Assembly: GCF_006345805.1 (NCBI RefSeq)
Contig: NC_043009.1
Location: forward strand, 9,052,001-9,116,000
DNA: 64,000 nucleotides
Direction of reading: 5' to 3'
Source: Octopus sinensis
Taxonomy: Eukaryota
The translations under genes and the position numbers were made by a program. The notes below the pieces were generated by a model, which was not told the DNA's origin, did no database searches, and worked only from the letters and a program-made list of their open reading frames with translations. How positions within the stretch are numbered: position 1 is the first letter of the stretch; each line of letters opens with the position of its first letter. Below, piece after piece: positions 51,381-63,524 of the stretch.

Positions 51381-51614
51381 CTTATTTCTTTATTGCCCAC
51401 AAGGGGCTAAACATAGAGGGGACAAACAAGGACAGACAAGGGGATTAAGTCGATTACATTGACCCCAGTGCATAACTGGTACTTAATTTATCGACCCCGA
51501 AAGGATGAAAGGCAAAGTTGACCTCGGCGGAATTTGAACTCAGAATGTAACGGCAGACGAAAAACCGCTAAGCATTTCACCTGGTGTGCTAACATTTCTG
51601 CCAGCTTGCCGCCT
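51381..51614 (-). mobile_element. family C SINE
   Basis: Full unit. Confidence 0.78.
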
Positions 51615-52047
51615 CTCACTTCTGTTAATCCACAACCTTAGATGATATTTTAGTTTATTGACCCTGAAAGAATGAACAGTAAAACTGCCCTTGAGAAGTT
51701 TTTAACCCAAGAGACAGCTTTGAACTATCTTATGCTCTAACAACTCTTCTTCCAATTTGCCAAAGTTTGTAACATGCAGAGGCATAGCTGAGTGAGAATA
51801 CCAATTCTTAAAACTTTTGTATGGGTTCAAATTGAGGGTAAAGAAAGGTAAAATTTGAGGGCAAAAACTTGGTTAAAAAAAAAAAGAATGAAGTGTTTAT
51901 CTAACAGGACAAATATCAAAAATTTAGATCAGGTGTCAGTAACAGGTGAACTGTGGTCCATTATGTGTTAGTAAGGTGGTCACTGAGGGCCATAGAACTT
52001 TTCTTTAAAAATGTTTAAGTTAATTGTATTTGTATTAGGATTTGTTT

Positions 52048-52271
52048 AACCCTTTCATGATCAACCCGGCTGAAACCGGCTCTGACTCTGAGTACAAATG
52101 TCTTGCTTTCATAAGTTTTGAATTAAAATCTTCCACCAAACCTTAGTCACAATTTATGTTCCTAACACTAGCTGAATGATAACCAAGTTATTTTACTAAA
52201 TTCTTTGTTATATTTAAAGTAATTGAAAGAAACACAGAGCATCTAAAAATAAATACAGTAATGAAAGGGTT
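52048..52271. mobile_element. piggyBac-like MITE (different family)
   Basis: TIR aaccctttcat/atgaaagggtt; TTAA on the left flank only. Confidence 0.55.
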
Positions 52272-52689
52272 CTGCCAATCATGAACCTGTAGTGATGGTT
52301 TATATCTTAGATATATCTATATATAATCAATATCTGATATAAAGATTAGTTGGTTGATTGATTTCTCTAGTGACCCTTTACATTGTAGAGAAAGAGAGAG
52401 AGAGATGGAGAGAGTAAACGAGAGAGTGAACATAAGAGGTGAAGGTTGCGTATCTTAAGCTTTCTGAAAAATATGCATTTTTAATGAAATTTTGCAGAGA
52501 CAAGTTTCTGAGGGACTAGATTGTGATAGAATTTAGATAAATTATCACATATTTATTACCAATATACAAATGAGAAACTTATTTTATTTTATTTTAAGGT
52601 AAATAAACATATTCCTTTGGAAAGTTTGTACTCATTTCATCATTTTGTATACGTGCTAAGAAATTTGATAAAAGTTAACTTATATTTAT

Positions 52690-52829
52690 TGTAGCTTGCT
52701 TACCAAGCACATGGTTCCGGGTTCAGTCCCATTGTATGGCATCTTGGGCAAGTGTCTTCTACTATGGCCTTGGGCTAACCAAAGCCTTGTGAGAGGATTT
52801 GGTAGATGGAAACTGAAGGAAGCCTGTCG

Positions 52830-52887
<58 letters not shown>

Positions 52888-52968
52888 TGTGAGTCTGTGT
52901 TTGTTCCCCCAGCATCGCTTGACAACCGATGCTGGTGTGTTTACATCCCCGTAACTTAGTGGTTCGGC
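52690..52968 (+). mobile_element. family B SINE truncated at the edge of the inverted duplication
   Basis: Breaks after ggttcggca. Confidence 0.72.
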
Positions 52969-53562
52969 AGTGCTGCATAAAGGTAAAAATAAGAATAGAT
53001 TTATCAATCTCGAATAAATGAAAGGAAAAGGCGACTTGTTGGGTGACATAATTAATCCATTGCCCAGTTTTAATACCCTCACGTGGTCCGTGGGTGCACT
53101 TGGCGGAGTTCACACAAGATCATCTGGATGGCGATAACTTTCCCCACTAATCTCAGAAGTCCTGCATAGGATAGTTGGTGCTACCCTTGCTCCTAAAAGG
53201 AAAGGAAAGAAAGACGTCTGGTCGGATTTGAACTTCAAACATTGAAGGATAAAACAAAATGACGCAAGGAATTTAAGTCTGAAGCTCTTCCATTTCTACT
53301 GCTGCGGTGCTTTCTATGAAGATTCAGTGCCATTCTTAAGTGAGCCCTTTCGTAAGAACTAGAATCCATACACATTTGGCTTCTATCTCAAAACGTTGGT
53401 GACTATGGTTTAGGTTTACTATCATCAAAGATAGGCTCTGCCACCTGGAAATTAGGAACAGTGTCAAATTTTGTCGTGGCTATTTAGTCCCGGGTCAGTT
53501 CGATAAAAGCTTTCCAGGCATCACTTTATATGTTACCATGATTTTTTTATGTTTCTTTTTTG

Positions 53563-53974
53563 GGATCTTTTCGGTTTGAACGGCAGTTTTTTTTAAAATA
53601 ATTTCCACGTAACTAAACACTTTTAAACTTCGTATACTGGTAGAATGTGTTTATAAAACATCTTTTTCTCTTGGCTTTATTGAGAAACTTCTATGGTTTG
53701 TAAGATATTTGTGGGTTTTTTTTCTTCAATTTCTGCAATTTCAACCAATCAATGACCTCTATTGAGGTAGAAAACATTCTGTGCCGTATGAATATGACCT
53801 TTGTTTAAGAAACAGATGGGTTTATTTACATATCTGAAGAAAAAAAGATACCCTTCCCCCACCCCTAACCCTAAAACAGATTGAAAGGCAATAGATCGAT
53901 ACTAGGGTCATAATTATGGGTGACAATTTCATATGACACCGCGAGAAAAACTGTTGTTCAAACCGAAAAGATCC
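53563..53974. mobile_element. hAT-type MITE with CCCTAA units (mirror copy at 55900-56299, one end truncated)
   Basis: TIRs; TSD cttttttg/ctttttag. Confidence 0.82.
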
Positions 53975-54736
53975 CTTTTTAGCCCCTTGTAGTCTATAAA
54001 GAAATAAGAAATAGCTGTCAAATCTCTCTTAAATTGCACTACCATAAAAATATAAACCCCACCCCACCAAAACCTCAGAAAAACACACTGGATAATGCAA
54101 TCCTAAATACACAGTTATTGTGGGAAAAAAAAAAATAATAGTAAGAGGAAATACCTATGGTTAATGTTTTCAATCAAGAAAGGCTTTAGCCTAATAAACT
54201 AATGTTATACGCTGTTATTTGCCTTTCATCCTTTCGGGGTCGATAAATAAAGTACCAGTTACGCACTCGGATCGATATAATCGACCTAATCCGTTTGTCT
54301 GTCCTTGTTTGTCCTCTCTGTGTTTAGCCCCTAGTGGGTAGTAAAGAAATAGGTATTTCGTCTACCGCTACGTTCTGAGTTCAAATTCCGCCGAGGTCGA
54401 CTTTACCTTTCATCCTTTCGGGGTCGATAAATTAAGTACCATTTGCGTACTGGGGTCGATCTAATCGACTGACCCCCTCTCCAAAAATTTCGGGCCCTTT
54501 ACCAAGAGTAGCAAAAAATATTTACCTGGAAAATACAATTAAATAAAACAATATTAAAAAAAAAAGAACTGAAAACAAAATTTTTCTGAGTTGATTTTAT
54601 AGTATAGAAGTTCACGCACGCACAGGCATATACATACACCTAAGTATGTATGTATCAGAATCCATGAGATTAATAGCCGTCTACGTCAAAAATAAAAATA
54701 CAAATCAGATTTTTCTCTCTCCGAAGGACTCAGCTG

Positions 54737-54744
54737 TGACGTCA
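54737..54744. promoter_or_regulatory. perfect CRE palindrome TGACGTCA in the spacer of the inverted duplication
   Basis: Motif seen, with a half-site CGTCA at about 54685; function not shown. Confidence 0.25.
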
Positions 54745-55204
54745 CTAAATTCTTCTCCCAAAAGTCTCCCAACTTGAATTCGTTTAGCGTTGATCTTGAG
54801 CAGGAACAAGGGAAGTAACTCCATCATTCTTCATATCAGTCGCAATCATATCAAACGGTTGATTTTATCCATAATCCATTAAATATATGGAAACAAATAC
54901 AGAGAAAAAAAAAAGGAAAAGCAATAAATACTTCTAAAGACTATAAGCCTTTAAGATCATTCGGTTGGAAATGGATTTGTGCTTTACTCCTAATTATATT
55001 TTATAATTATAACAATTACAGTGTATAACATTAGTTTATTACGTTAAAGCCTTTCTTGATCGAAAACATTAATCATAGGTATTTCCTCCAACTATTATTA
55101 TTTTTTTCCCCACAATAACTGTGTATTTAGGATTGCATTATCCAGTGTGTCTTTCTGAGGTTTTGGTGGGGTTTATATTTTTATGGTAGTGCAATTTAAG
55201 AGAG

Positions 55205-55640
55205 ATTTGACAGCTATTTCTTATTTCTTTACTACCCACAAGGGGCTAAACATAGAGGGGACAAACAAGGACAGACAAAGGGATTAAGTCGATTACATCG
55301 GCCCCAGTGTGTAACTGGTACTTAATTTTATCGACCCCGAAAGGATGAAAGGCAAAGTCGACCTCGGCGGAATTTGAACTCAGAACGTAAGCACGGACGA
55401 AATACCTATTTCTTTACTACCCACAAGGGGCTAAACACAGAGAGGACAAACAAGGACAGACAAAGGGATTAGGTCGATTATATCGACCCCAGTGCGTAAC
55501 TGGTACTTAATTTATTGACCCCCGAAAGGATGAAAGGCAAAGTCGACCTCAGCGTAATTTGAACTCAGAACGTAGCGGCAGACGAAATACTGCTAAGCAT
55601 TTTGCCCGGCGCGCTAACGTGTCTGCCAGCTCGCCGCCTT
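55205..55640 (-). mobile_element. family C SINE tandem dimer
   Basis: Two reverse-complement units. Confidence 0.78.
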
Positions 55641-57089
55641 TTTTCGGGTAAATATTGCATGCATTCTGTACATCCTGATATTACCTATGGCGGCAAAATT
55701 ATTCTTTCAAAAATCTCCGTTCGATGATGAGTAACAATAATATACATATTTGACTGGTAGATTATTTTATCAACCCTGGATGAACGTCAAAGTTTACTTT
55801 TGTAAGATTGGAACTTAAAACATTTAAAGCTATAAAACAACAGTACGTACCTTTTCTTTCCTTTGCTCTAACAATTTTGCTAACCTGTTTTACTTTCATT
55901 TTGAACAGCAGTTTTTTCTAGCGGTGTCATATGAAATTGTCACCCATAATTATGACCCTAGTATCGATCTATTGCATTTCAATCTGTTTTAGGGTTAGGG
56001 GTGGGGGAAAGGTATCTTTTTTCTTCAGATATGTAAATAAACCCATCTGTTTCTTAAACGAAGGTCATATTCATACGGCACAGAATGTTTTCTACCTCAA
56101 TAGAGGTCATTGATTGGTTGAAATTGCAGAAATTGAAGAAAAAACCCCCACAAATATCTTACAAACTATAGAAGTTTCTCAATAAAGCCAAGAGAAAAAG
56201 ATGTTTTATAAACACATTCTACCAGTATACGAAGTTTAAAAGTGTTTAGTTACGTGGAAATTATTTTTAAAAAAACTGCCGTTCAAACCGAAAAGATCCC
56301 AAAAAAGAAACATAAAAAAATCATGGTAACATATAAAGTGATGCCTGGAAAGCTTTTATCGAACTGACCCGGGACTAAATAGCCACGACACAATTTGACA
56401 CTGTTCCTAATTTCCAGGTGGCAGAGCCTATCTTTGATGATAGTAAACCTAAACCATAGTCACCGACGTTTTGAGATAGAAGCCAAACGTGTATGGATTC
56501 TAGTTTCTACGAGAGGGATCACTTAAGAATGGCACTGAATCCTCATAGAAAGCACCGCAGCAGTAGAAATGGAAGAGCTCCATACTAAATTCCTTGCGTC
56601 ATTTTGTTTTATCCTTCAATGTTTGAAGTTCAAATCCGACCAGACGTCTTCCTTTTCTTTCCTTTCCTTTTAGGAGCAAGGGTAGCACCAACTATCCTAT
56701 GCAGGACTTCTGAGATTAGCGGGGAAAGTTATCGCCATACAGATGATCTTGTGTGAACTCCGCCAAGTGCACCCACGGGCCACGTGAGGGTATTAAAACT
56801 GGGCAATGGATTAATTATGTCACCCAACAAGTCGTCTTTTCCTTTCATTTATTCGAGATTGATAAATCTATCCTTATTTCTACCTTTATGCAGCACTGCG
56901 GAAGTTTTTATACTTCTTTTTATACCTAAGAAAAAATTAATTAAATTAATGCAAGTAAACTACAAGATCTTACTAAAATAATTGTCAAGCATATTTTGGA
57001 ATCGATTCACCATTTCCTAAACATACAGCTCTGTGTCAGTCTGTGTAAAAAACCATCATTAATAGTGTCACATAAAAAGATCGCTGTTG

Positions 57090-57448
57090 CTGTTTGTTTG
57101 TTTGAGTGAAGTGGTCTTCGTCCGTAGTGGGAGAAGTCCGAAACTTGGTCCTTTGCTATTCGTAAGACCTGCAGAAGAGAAAGCAGGTCAACCCCCGACA
57201 CCGAGAGCATCGACGGATGGATGAATGCGCATCCAGGCTCAACGGTTGCGTAGGAAGTCGGGGACAAGAAACAGGAAGAAAGAGTGAGGGAAAGTTGGAG
57301 TGAAAGAGTACAACAGGGATCGCCACCACACCCTGCTGGAGCCTCGTGATATTCTAGGTGTTTTCGCTCAATAAACACACACAACACCTGGTCTGGGAAT
57401 CGAAACCGCGAGTCCGCTGCCCTAACCACTGGGCCATTGCGACTCCAC
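57090..57448 (-). mobile_element. tRNA-derived SINE (family E) with (AAAC)n tail
   Basis: Minus strand tggcccagtggttaggg (A box), ggtttcgattccc (B box). Confidence 0.65.
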
Positions 57449-59034
57449 CGCTGTTGCTGTTTAACCCCAGGTCAATCATGATTAGAAGGACCTATGATCA
57501 AAGATATATTGGTTGTCTTTGTTAAAGCATCTTCAACTACATTATCTAATATGGGTAAGGTCTGAAAGGGTTGAGGTTGTGAGGTGTACCAGGTCGACGC
57601 GATCACGCGTAGCCCCTAACACCAAGAGGTTATAAGTTCCATGATCAGAAAAAGCAACGACTGCGTTGATGGGGGCAAGAAAAACCGCTGGCAGTTATCT
57701 CCCTTCCTAAACTCCACCGCACAACATCATTGAAGTTGTCTCCCTTTAGTTACCGTGTCACTTTCGTCGCACCTGTCCGGACGAAGTCACAACTTTTACG
57801 TATGTATCTGGAAAAGCACTCTTCACTTGGAATTATTATTTATTGATATTTAGGTAATCTAACACCAAACGCTATTTTTTGTTTATTCAGTCATTATCAA
57901 AATAATCGGAAAAGGGATTGCTACAACTATAATAAACTAGAATTTCGTTTATTTTTTCCCCACAATCTTTTATTTCTGTTGTGTTTATTTTTCGTTTCTA
58001 TCCGAAATTAACGACCAGGTAATTGAGAAGTACACTGTATTCTTGTTCCTTTATTGTTATAACTTTGCTGATCGGTTTCGATTCAAAGCTGACAACTCCA
58101 ATTCATACCATGCATGTCACTAGGTTGTGGTCTCAAAGCGACGAAAATATTTCGACAAATTAAATTAAATTGTTGAATTGAATCTAACGGTTTTTGTGTG
58201 TTTCTTAAATGGCTTATAAACACCTTCCACGCTGCAATTGTTTTCGTTTCAGCACACGATCTCAGATCAGGTCACTTGCTATGCAAGTACATCTCCGTAA
58301 AAATTATTATATTTTGCGTCTATAATTCTGATTGATTTCTCTGTTTTCATGGCAAATCAATCACAAACTTATTACTTTCACACCTCCCGTGATGTTTTCG
58401 CTACATTTCTCTACCGCGTGAGGTGATAGCAAAACTATAGAAAGTCTAGCTTATGACAGAAAAGTTTTATCATACAGTTCGGTGGGTGTAAACGGAAAAA
58501 TGGTTTATGTGTCAAGATGTAAACATTAACCGGAAAAAAATATATATCCATTTCTAAGTTCCTGGCGAACCGAGTCTCCGACTCACCAACAAATAAAGTA
58601 GCTTTCAGTCCCCTCGGGGACTATTGTTTAATAATGATCTGTGGACGGGAGCAATGAAAATAAGATGCTCTAATTTTCCATCTAATGGATATTACATCGT
58701 GTACTTATTTGTTTAAAAAATCATTCGTAGCTTCGTGTTTCGAATCTTATCTATTTAATTCTTCAATTAGATTCGTTAGGAACCATGAACTACTCAACAG
58801 GACTTGCTTCAAGATAATGGTTTTTTACAGGCCCGTTGCCAGTAATTTGTAAATAATGCTAAAGTGGAGTTTCGAAATAAGTATATCACTGTAAATATGA
58901 GAGTGCACCATTGAATAGTGAGGGCAAAGTGCCATCCAGTGCACCCCATTAGCCACGGGCAAGGTTTGTTTCCGCGTATTTGTTGTAATCGCTGATTAGT
59001 CCTAATCAAACAACGCGACTCTTTCTCGTTATAC

Positions 59035-59267
59035 CTATTTCTTTACTACCCACAAGGGACTAAACACAGAGAGGACAAACAAGGGCAGACAAACGGATCA
59101 AGTCGATTATATCGACCCCAGTGCGTAACTGGTACTTATTTAATCGACCCCGAAAGGATAAAAAGGCAAAGTCGACCTCGGCGGAATTTGAACTCTGAAC
59201 GTAGCAGCAGACGAAATACTGCTGAGCATTTCGCCCGGCGTGCTAACGATTCTGCCATCTCGCCGCC
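59035..59267 (-). mobile_element. family C SINE
   Basis: Full unit. Confidence 0.78.
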
Positions 59268-59629
59268 TTCTCGTTATACCGCGTCTCCGCCTAACCGATG
59301 ACTGTTGACTCAGTGTCGAATCGTATGGGATGCAGTGTGATAGTTGGACACATTGCACCCTTTCCCATTTCCAGTCTACTCTTGTACACTTGCTAATTCT
59401 GATCGTAACCTCAGAGGAGGCGAGTAAGGTGGACTCGGTCAGAGTGTAAAAGTTGTTCTGCACTTATTGTTGGAGGTGTGCATCCCAGCAAAGCATTTAG
59501 ATTCAGCGAAACTTGATGTTGGCTGCTATTTCTGTTGTGTATGTGTTCATTATGTTCGCCCAGGTTGTTGTTGTGATGCTCTGAGATATTGTGCATGTAC
59601 CTGGGTATTTTGAGGTGTTTTTCACATTA

Positions 59630-59830
59630 AAATAATATAATAATAATGAAATTCTTGTATACAGTGCTCGGGTGCACCACAACTTGTCAATAAGTGCATA
59701 TAAAGCATGTGCAGTAATGTACAAATGTCTGAGAAGTGAACAGTGTAGGAGTCAGATACATGCTTGCGTGTGTATGGAGGGGAGAAAATCAGGTGTAGTG
59801 TTGGTGAATCTCAGGAAGCATGGAAGTTGT
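59630..59830 (-). mobile_element. LINE 3' end, same family as 36345-36585
   Basis: Reverse-complement match. Confidence 0.6.
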
Positions 59831-60779
59831 GACAATAAAGTTGTAAACCCCTTGTATGTCCAGGTGGGCATTGATTTTTTTTGTATTTTTGTATCATCAT
59901 GTTGTTAATCTGTGGATGTGATCTATGTACAACCTGCTATAATGTTTTGCATTCATTATGGTCTACAGGAAATAGGGGCCCAAGCAATGGCATAGCTAGA
60001 GTGTGTTGCCCGTTGTAGCCATTGAGTTTGCCTCCCTACTCCTGACTCCAAGCCATTGTAGACTTATACAGAAGTCCCAACAGTATCGTTCAGTGAAAGT
60101 GTTGTTCAGAGCAGGCCATTTCTCCTTCACCTAGCTATGCCACTGGGGTCCAAGTGGGGCCAGCTTTGTCTAAGAAACAAACATTATTTATTGGTAACCA
60201 ATTCATTAATTGTTATATTTAGGAATGGTCATTTTGCCAGTTTAGCCAATAAAAACACACGAACTATATATTTGGTGTTACTTTGCTTCAGCATTATTTA
60301 TTTTTTACATTAATTTTAATCTTATTTTGGCCAGAGTTTTTTTGTCACACTTCTGTGACCTCATCAGTGGTCCTTTGCTTTCTTCTTTCTTATTTGTGTC
60401 TCTCTCTTGCAAAACAAATATATAAACATAACAATTCATTAATGTTTTACAGATATTACTTTAAGTATTTTTTCTAAAACATTAACCAACTGTTTTAACA
60501 ATGTTTCTTTCTTTCTGATGACCAAATGTGATTCCTGTGACTCTTCTAAGTATGTTTGTTGTCTGTTGTTTTGCTTTTTTTTATTTACTGTCTTTTTTGC
60601 TTTGCACGTTTTGAATTTTGTAATTAATATCTAGTATTTTGTGTGTGTGGTTTATGTTTTTGAATATGATGGTTGGTTTTGTATCATGATTTTTACTGTT
60701 GCTCAGGATAGAGAGGCTGTGGGTTTCTGTAGATGCTACTTTAAGCTTGTTTCTGAAGAATCAGATCTCTAGGTGAATT

Positions 60780-60985
60780 CTTCTTCTTCTTCTTACAACA
60801 TTCACCCGGGGTGGGTTGAGCTAGCTTCAATCATCCTCAATGCTGCATCTCTCACAAACGCCGACCAGGCCTGGCGATTTGAGGCTAACGACCACATGAT
60901 CTCCAACCACTCCTTATTCCAGCGGCGAACGCTGTAGATATGGGGGCCTAGGTTGGGTTCCAGATCAGCCTGGCTGATGACGGTC
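60780..60985 (-). mobile_element. RTE-like LINE 3' end with (AAG)n tail
   Basis: LGPHIYSVRRWNKEWLEIMWSLASNRQAWSAFVRDAALRMIEASSTHPG* followed by a GAA repeat. Confidence 0.62.
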
Positions 60986-61065
60986 TAGGTGAATTACATA
61001 GCTTTGGAGTATTTGTATGGTAGTGTCTGGAGAATGGTGGAATGATGGGTGTGTGGTGTGATGTA

Positions 61066-61192
61066 CAGGGTGTCCACAAAGTCTGGGTACATGGGGATTA
61101 ACACATACTTTAAGAAATTATTATTTCTTATATCTAATTCTTTATGTTATGATTTTATTTACTCCATGTACCCAGATTTTGTGGACACCCTG
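61066..61192. mobile_element. Tc1/mariner-type MITE
   Basis: TA|cagggtgtccacaaagtctgggtacatgg ... ccatgtacccagattttgtggacaccctg|TA. Confidence 0.85.
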
Positions 61193-61439
61193 TATATTAA
61201 AGGCTTTTGACGTGTTTTGTGGGTTGTGGGACATCATGTAGGTATAGGTTGGGAAGGTGTAGGTAAGAAGCTGGCCTCTTCTTCCTTGTTACTCCAGTCA
61301 AGAAATTGCAAGTTCTGGAAGGGTTGTTTTTGTACTTTACATACAATTGCTGGACTGACAGATATTTTTGCTAGCTTGTGTTTTGATTGGATCTTAAGGT
61401 GGTACTAAGCATTTTCTGTGTGAGTGAATAATGGGCACT

Positions 61440-61960
61440 GGAACTGAAAGCTTTGTTGATGATAATGACAATGTTACATGTTGGAGATTTTTACTCTTGA
61501 AACCACTGAATATTTTCTGTGTCAAAAATTTGCTCTCCTAGAATTTTTGAATGTATGCAATATGAGGGTGATAGGTCTGTATACTTCACTAGGATTTTGT
61601 TGGACTTTAGAAAAGTAATAATTTTGCCCAGTGTCCAGATTCTGGGGATTTTATAGTATTGACTCGAGTAGTTGTCAATGTGTGAGTGCAGTAGTTCCTT
61701 CACACTCTGGGTGTTTTACGTGTATATCTGTGATTTTACCTCACCCTGAAGCCTTTGATTTCTTTACTATTTTTTTTTATAGATTTTTTTAATAGATTTC
61801 TCTACTGCTTCTTTCAGTGTCTGATGGAAGAAAAGTGTCAAAATGATGATTCAGCTTGTATATATTTTTTGTTTTGTGTCCTGCTCTACTTTGTGTGGGT
61901 TTTGTTAATTGATTTTTGAGAACTTTCTGGTTAGGGCATTTACTTGGTGTTCCTGAATGA
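61440..61960 (-). pseudogene. degenerate non-LTR retrotransposon ORF2 fragment (pre-RT motif)
   Basis: KIPRIWTLGKIITFLKSNK/PSEVYRPITL resembles IPxxWKxAKIIPIxKxxK...YRPISL. Confidence 0.6.
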
Positions 61961-62989
61961 GTAAATTATTTGAGATGGTTAATGTGATATACAATATGGT
62001 ATGGCCATTGTTGTAGACTGGTCTTTACTCTATATAATATTCTATTATTAGTCTTACGGTTAAGGCAGTGAACTGGCAGAATCTTTAACAAAATGCTTAG
62101 CGATATTTTGTCTGTCTTTACATTCAGAGTTCAAATTCTGCTGTGGTTGACTTTGCCTTTCATTCTTTCTGGGTTGATGAAATAAGTACCATTTACACAC
62201 TGGGGTTTAGGTAATCAATTCTACCCCCACACCCCAACAGTTTTTGGTCTTATGCATACACTAGAAAAGGTTATTTGTCTTGTGGTTCAAGCAGTAAGCT
62301 GGCAGAATCATTAGCACTCCAGACAAAATGCTTAGAACCATTTCTTCCACATTTTTGTTCTGAGTTCAAATTCTGCTTAGGTTGAGTTTACCTTTCATCC
62401 TTTCAGGGTCAATAAAATGAGTTCAGGTTGAACACATTTTGTAATCAACTTATGTCCCCCACCCCACCCTGCGAATTATTGGCCTGGTGCCAAAATTTGA
62501 AACCATTATTAGTTTTGTGGTTTACGTTGAATATAATTGTTTGCCAGTTTTCTGTTTTCCTAGGACTTATTTATTTTGTCTATTTTCTTCTTTAATTGTC
62601 GGATAGTGAATCATAGGACACCCCCACCTCTTATCCACCAATCACTACTTCCACCTCTCAACACTTGTCCTTAACCTATTATAACCAAATCCCTCTCATC
62701 CATTCTCCATCTCTTACTCTCCTATACATTATTAACAGCTTCTATCTAACCATATTCTTGGATCTCATGTCCTCACTCACTTTTGCTCTCCCCATACTTT
62801 GAAGGTCTCCCCAGCCATCTCATCTTCACTATTTTTACCTCTTCCCAGCCCCAATCACACCTTCCTACTCTTCTAAAATGTTAATAGCCTCATAGCTCCT
62901 TTACAGTAAGATGCCTATTCTATTCTGGTTCCTTCCCTCATATTTTTAACCCCTCATCTTAAAAACCCATCTCCCTCAGAGTTTGTAGT

Positions 62990-63180
62990 CTTGCAAGCTG
63001 CATGGTGACCTCAGTGGTATCAGTGGCATGCAAAAGAGCACCTGATATTCATTGCAAAGTGGTTGGCATCGGGAAGGGCATCCAGTCATAGAAACCATGC
63101 CAAAGCAGACATTGGAGCGTGATGCAGTTGTTGGACCACGACCCATGCCAGCATGGAGCATGAATGATGATGATGATGAT
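62990..63180 (+). mobile_element. family A copy, diverged
   Basis: Core and (GAT)n tail. Confidence 0.65.
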
Positions 63181-63391
63181 TTTGTGGCATGAAGCAACGC
63201 AGACCTTGCCGTCCATTCATGAAAACACATAATATACTGAGTCCTCAACTTGTTCCATTTGCCTAAAGGTTTGCAAGGCACCAGCAGGCCTCAAGAGGCA
63301 CATTCATATCCATATAACATAATTAATGCTTTATTTTACTGAACCCTCATTTGTCATTCACAACAAGAGAATCCATCATATATATATATGT

Positions 63392-63424
<33 letters not shown>

Positions 63425-63488
63425 CGTGTGTGTATTGTTGGCAATTTTTTTCCTCCGTCTTCCCTTCCTTGGATCTTTCCTTTTCCTA

Positions 63489-63524
63489 TGTTTCTGACAA
63501 AGAGCTCTACTCGAAATGTTAAAT
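63489..63524 (+). ncRNA. degenerate minimal hammerhead-like motif in a dispersed repeat
   Basis: uuu-CUGACAA-A-GAG cucua CUC-GAAAUGUU-aaa; both deviations are CpG-type transitions from CUGACGA and GAAACGUU. Confidence 0.4.

Larger units (their letters stand above)
52967..56899. repeat. inverted duplication: arm 52967-54215 vs arm 55018-56899, spacer about 800 bp
   Basis: Non-repeat sequence and the MITE are both mirrored; the right arm has about 650 extra bp (55235-55895). Confidence 0.88.
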
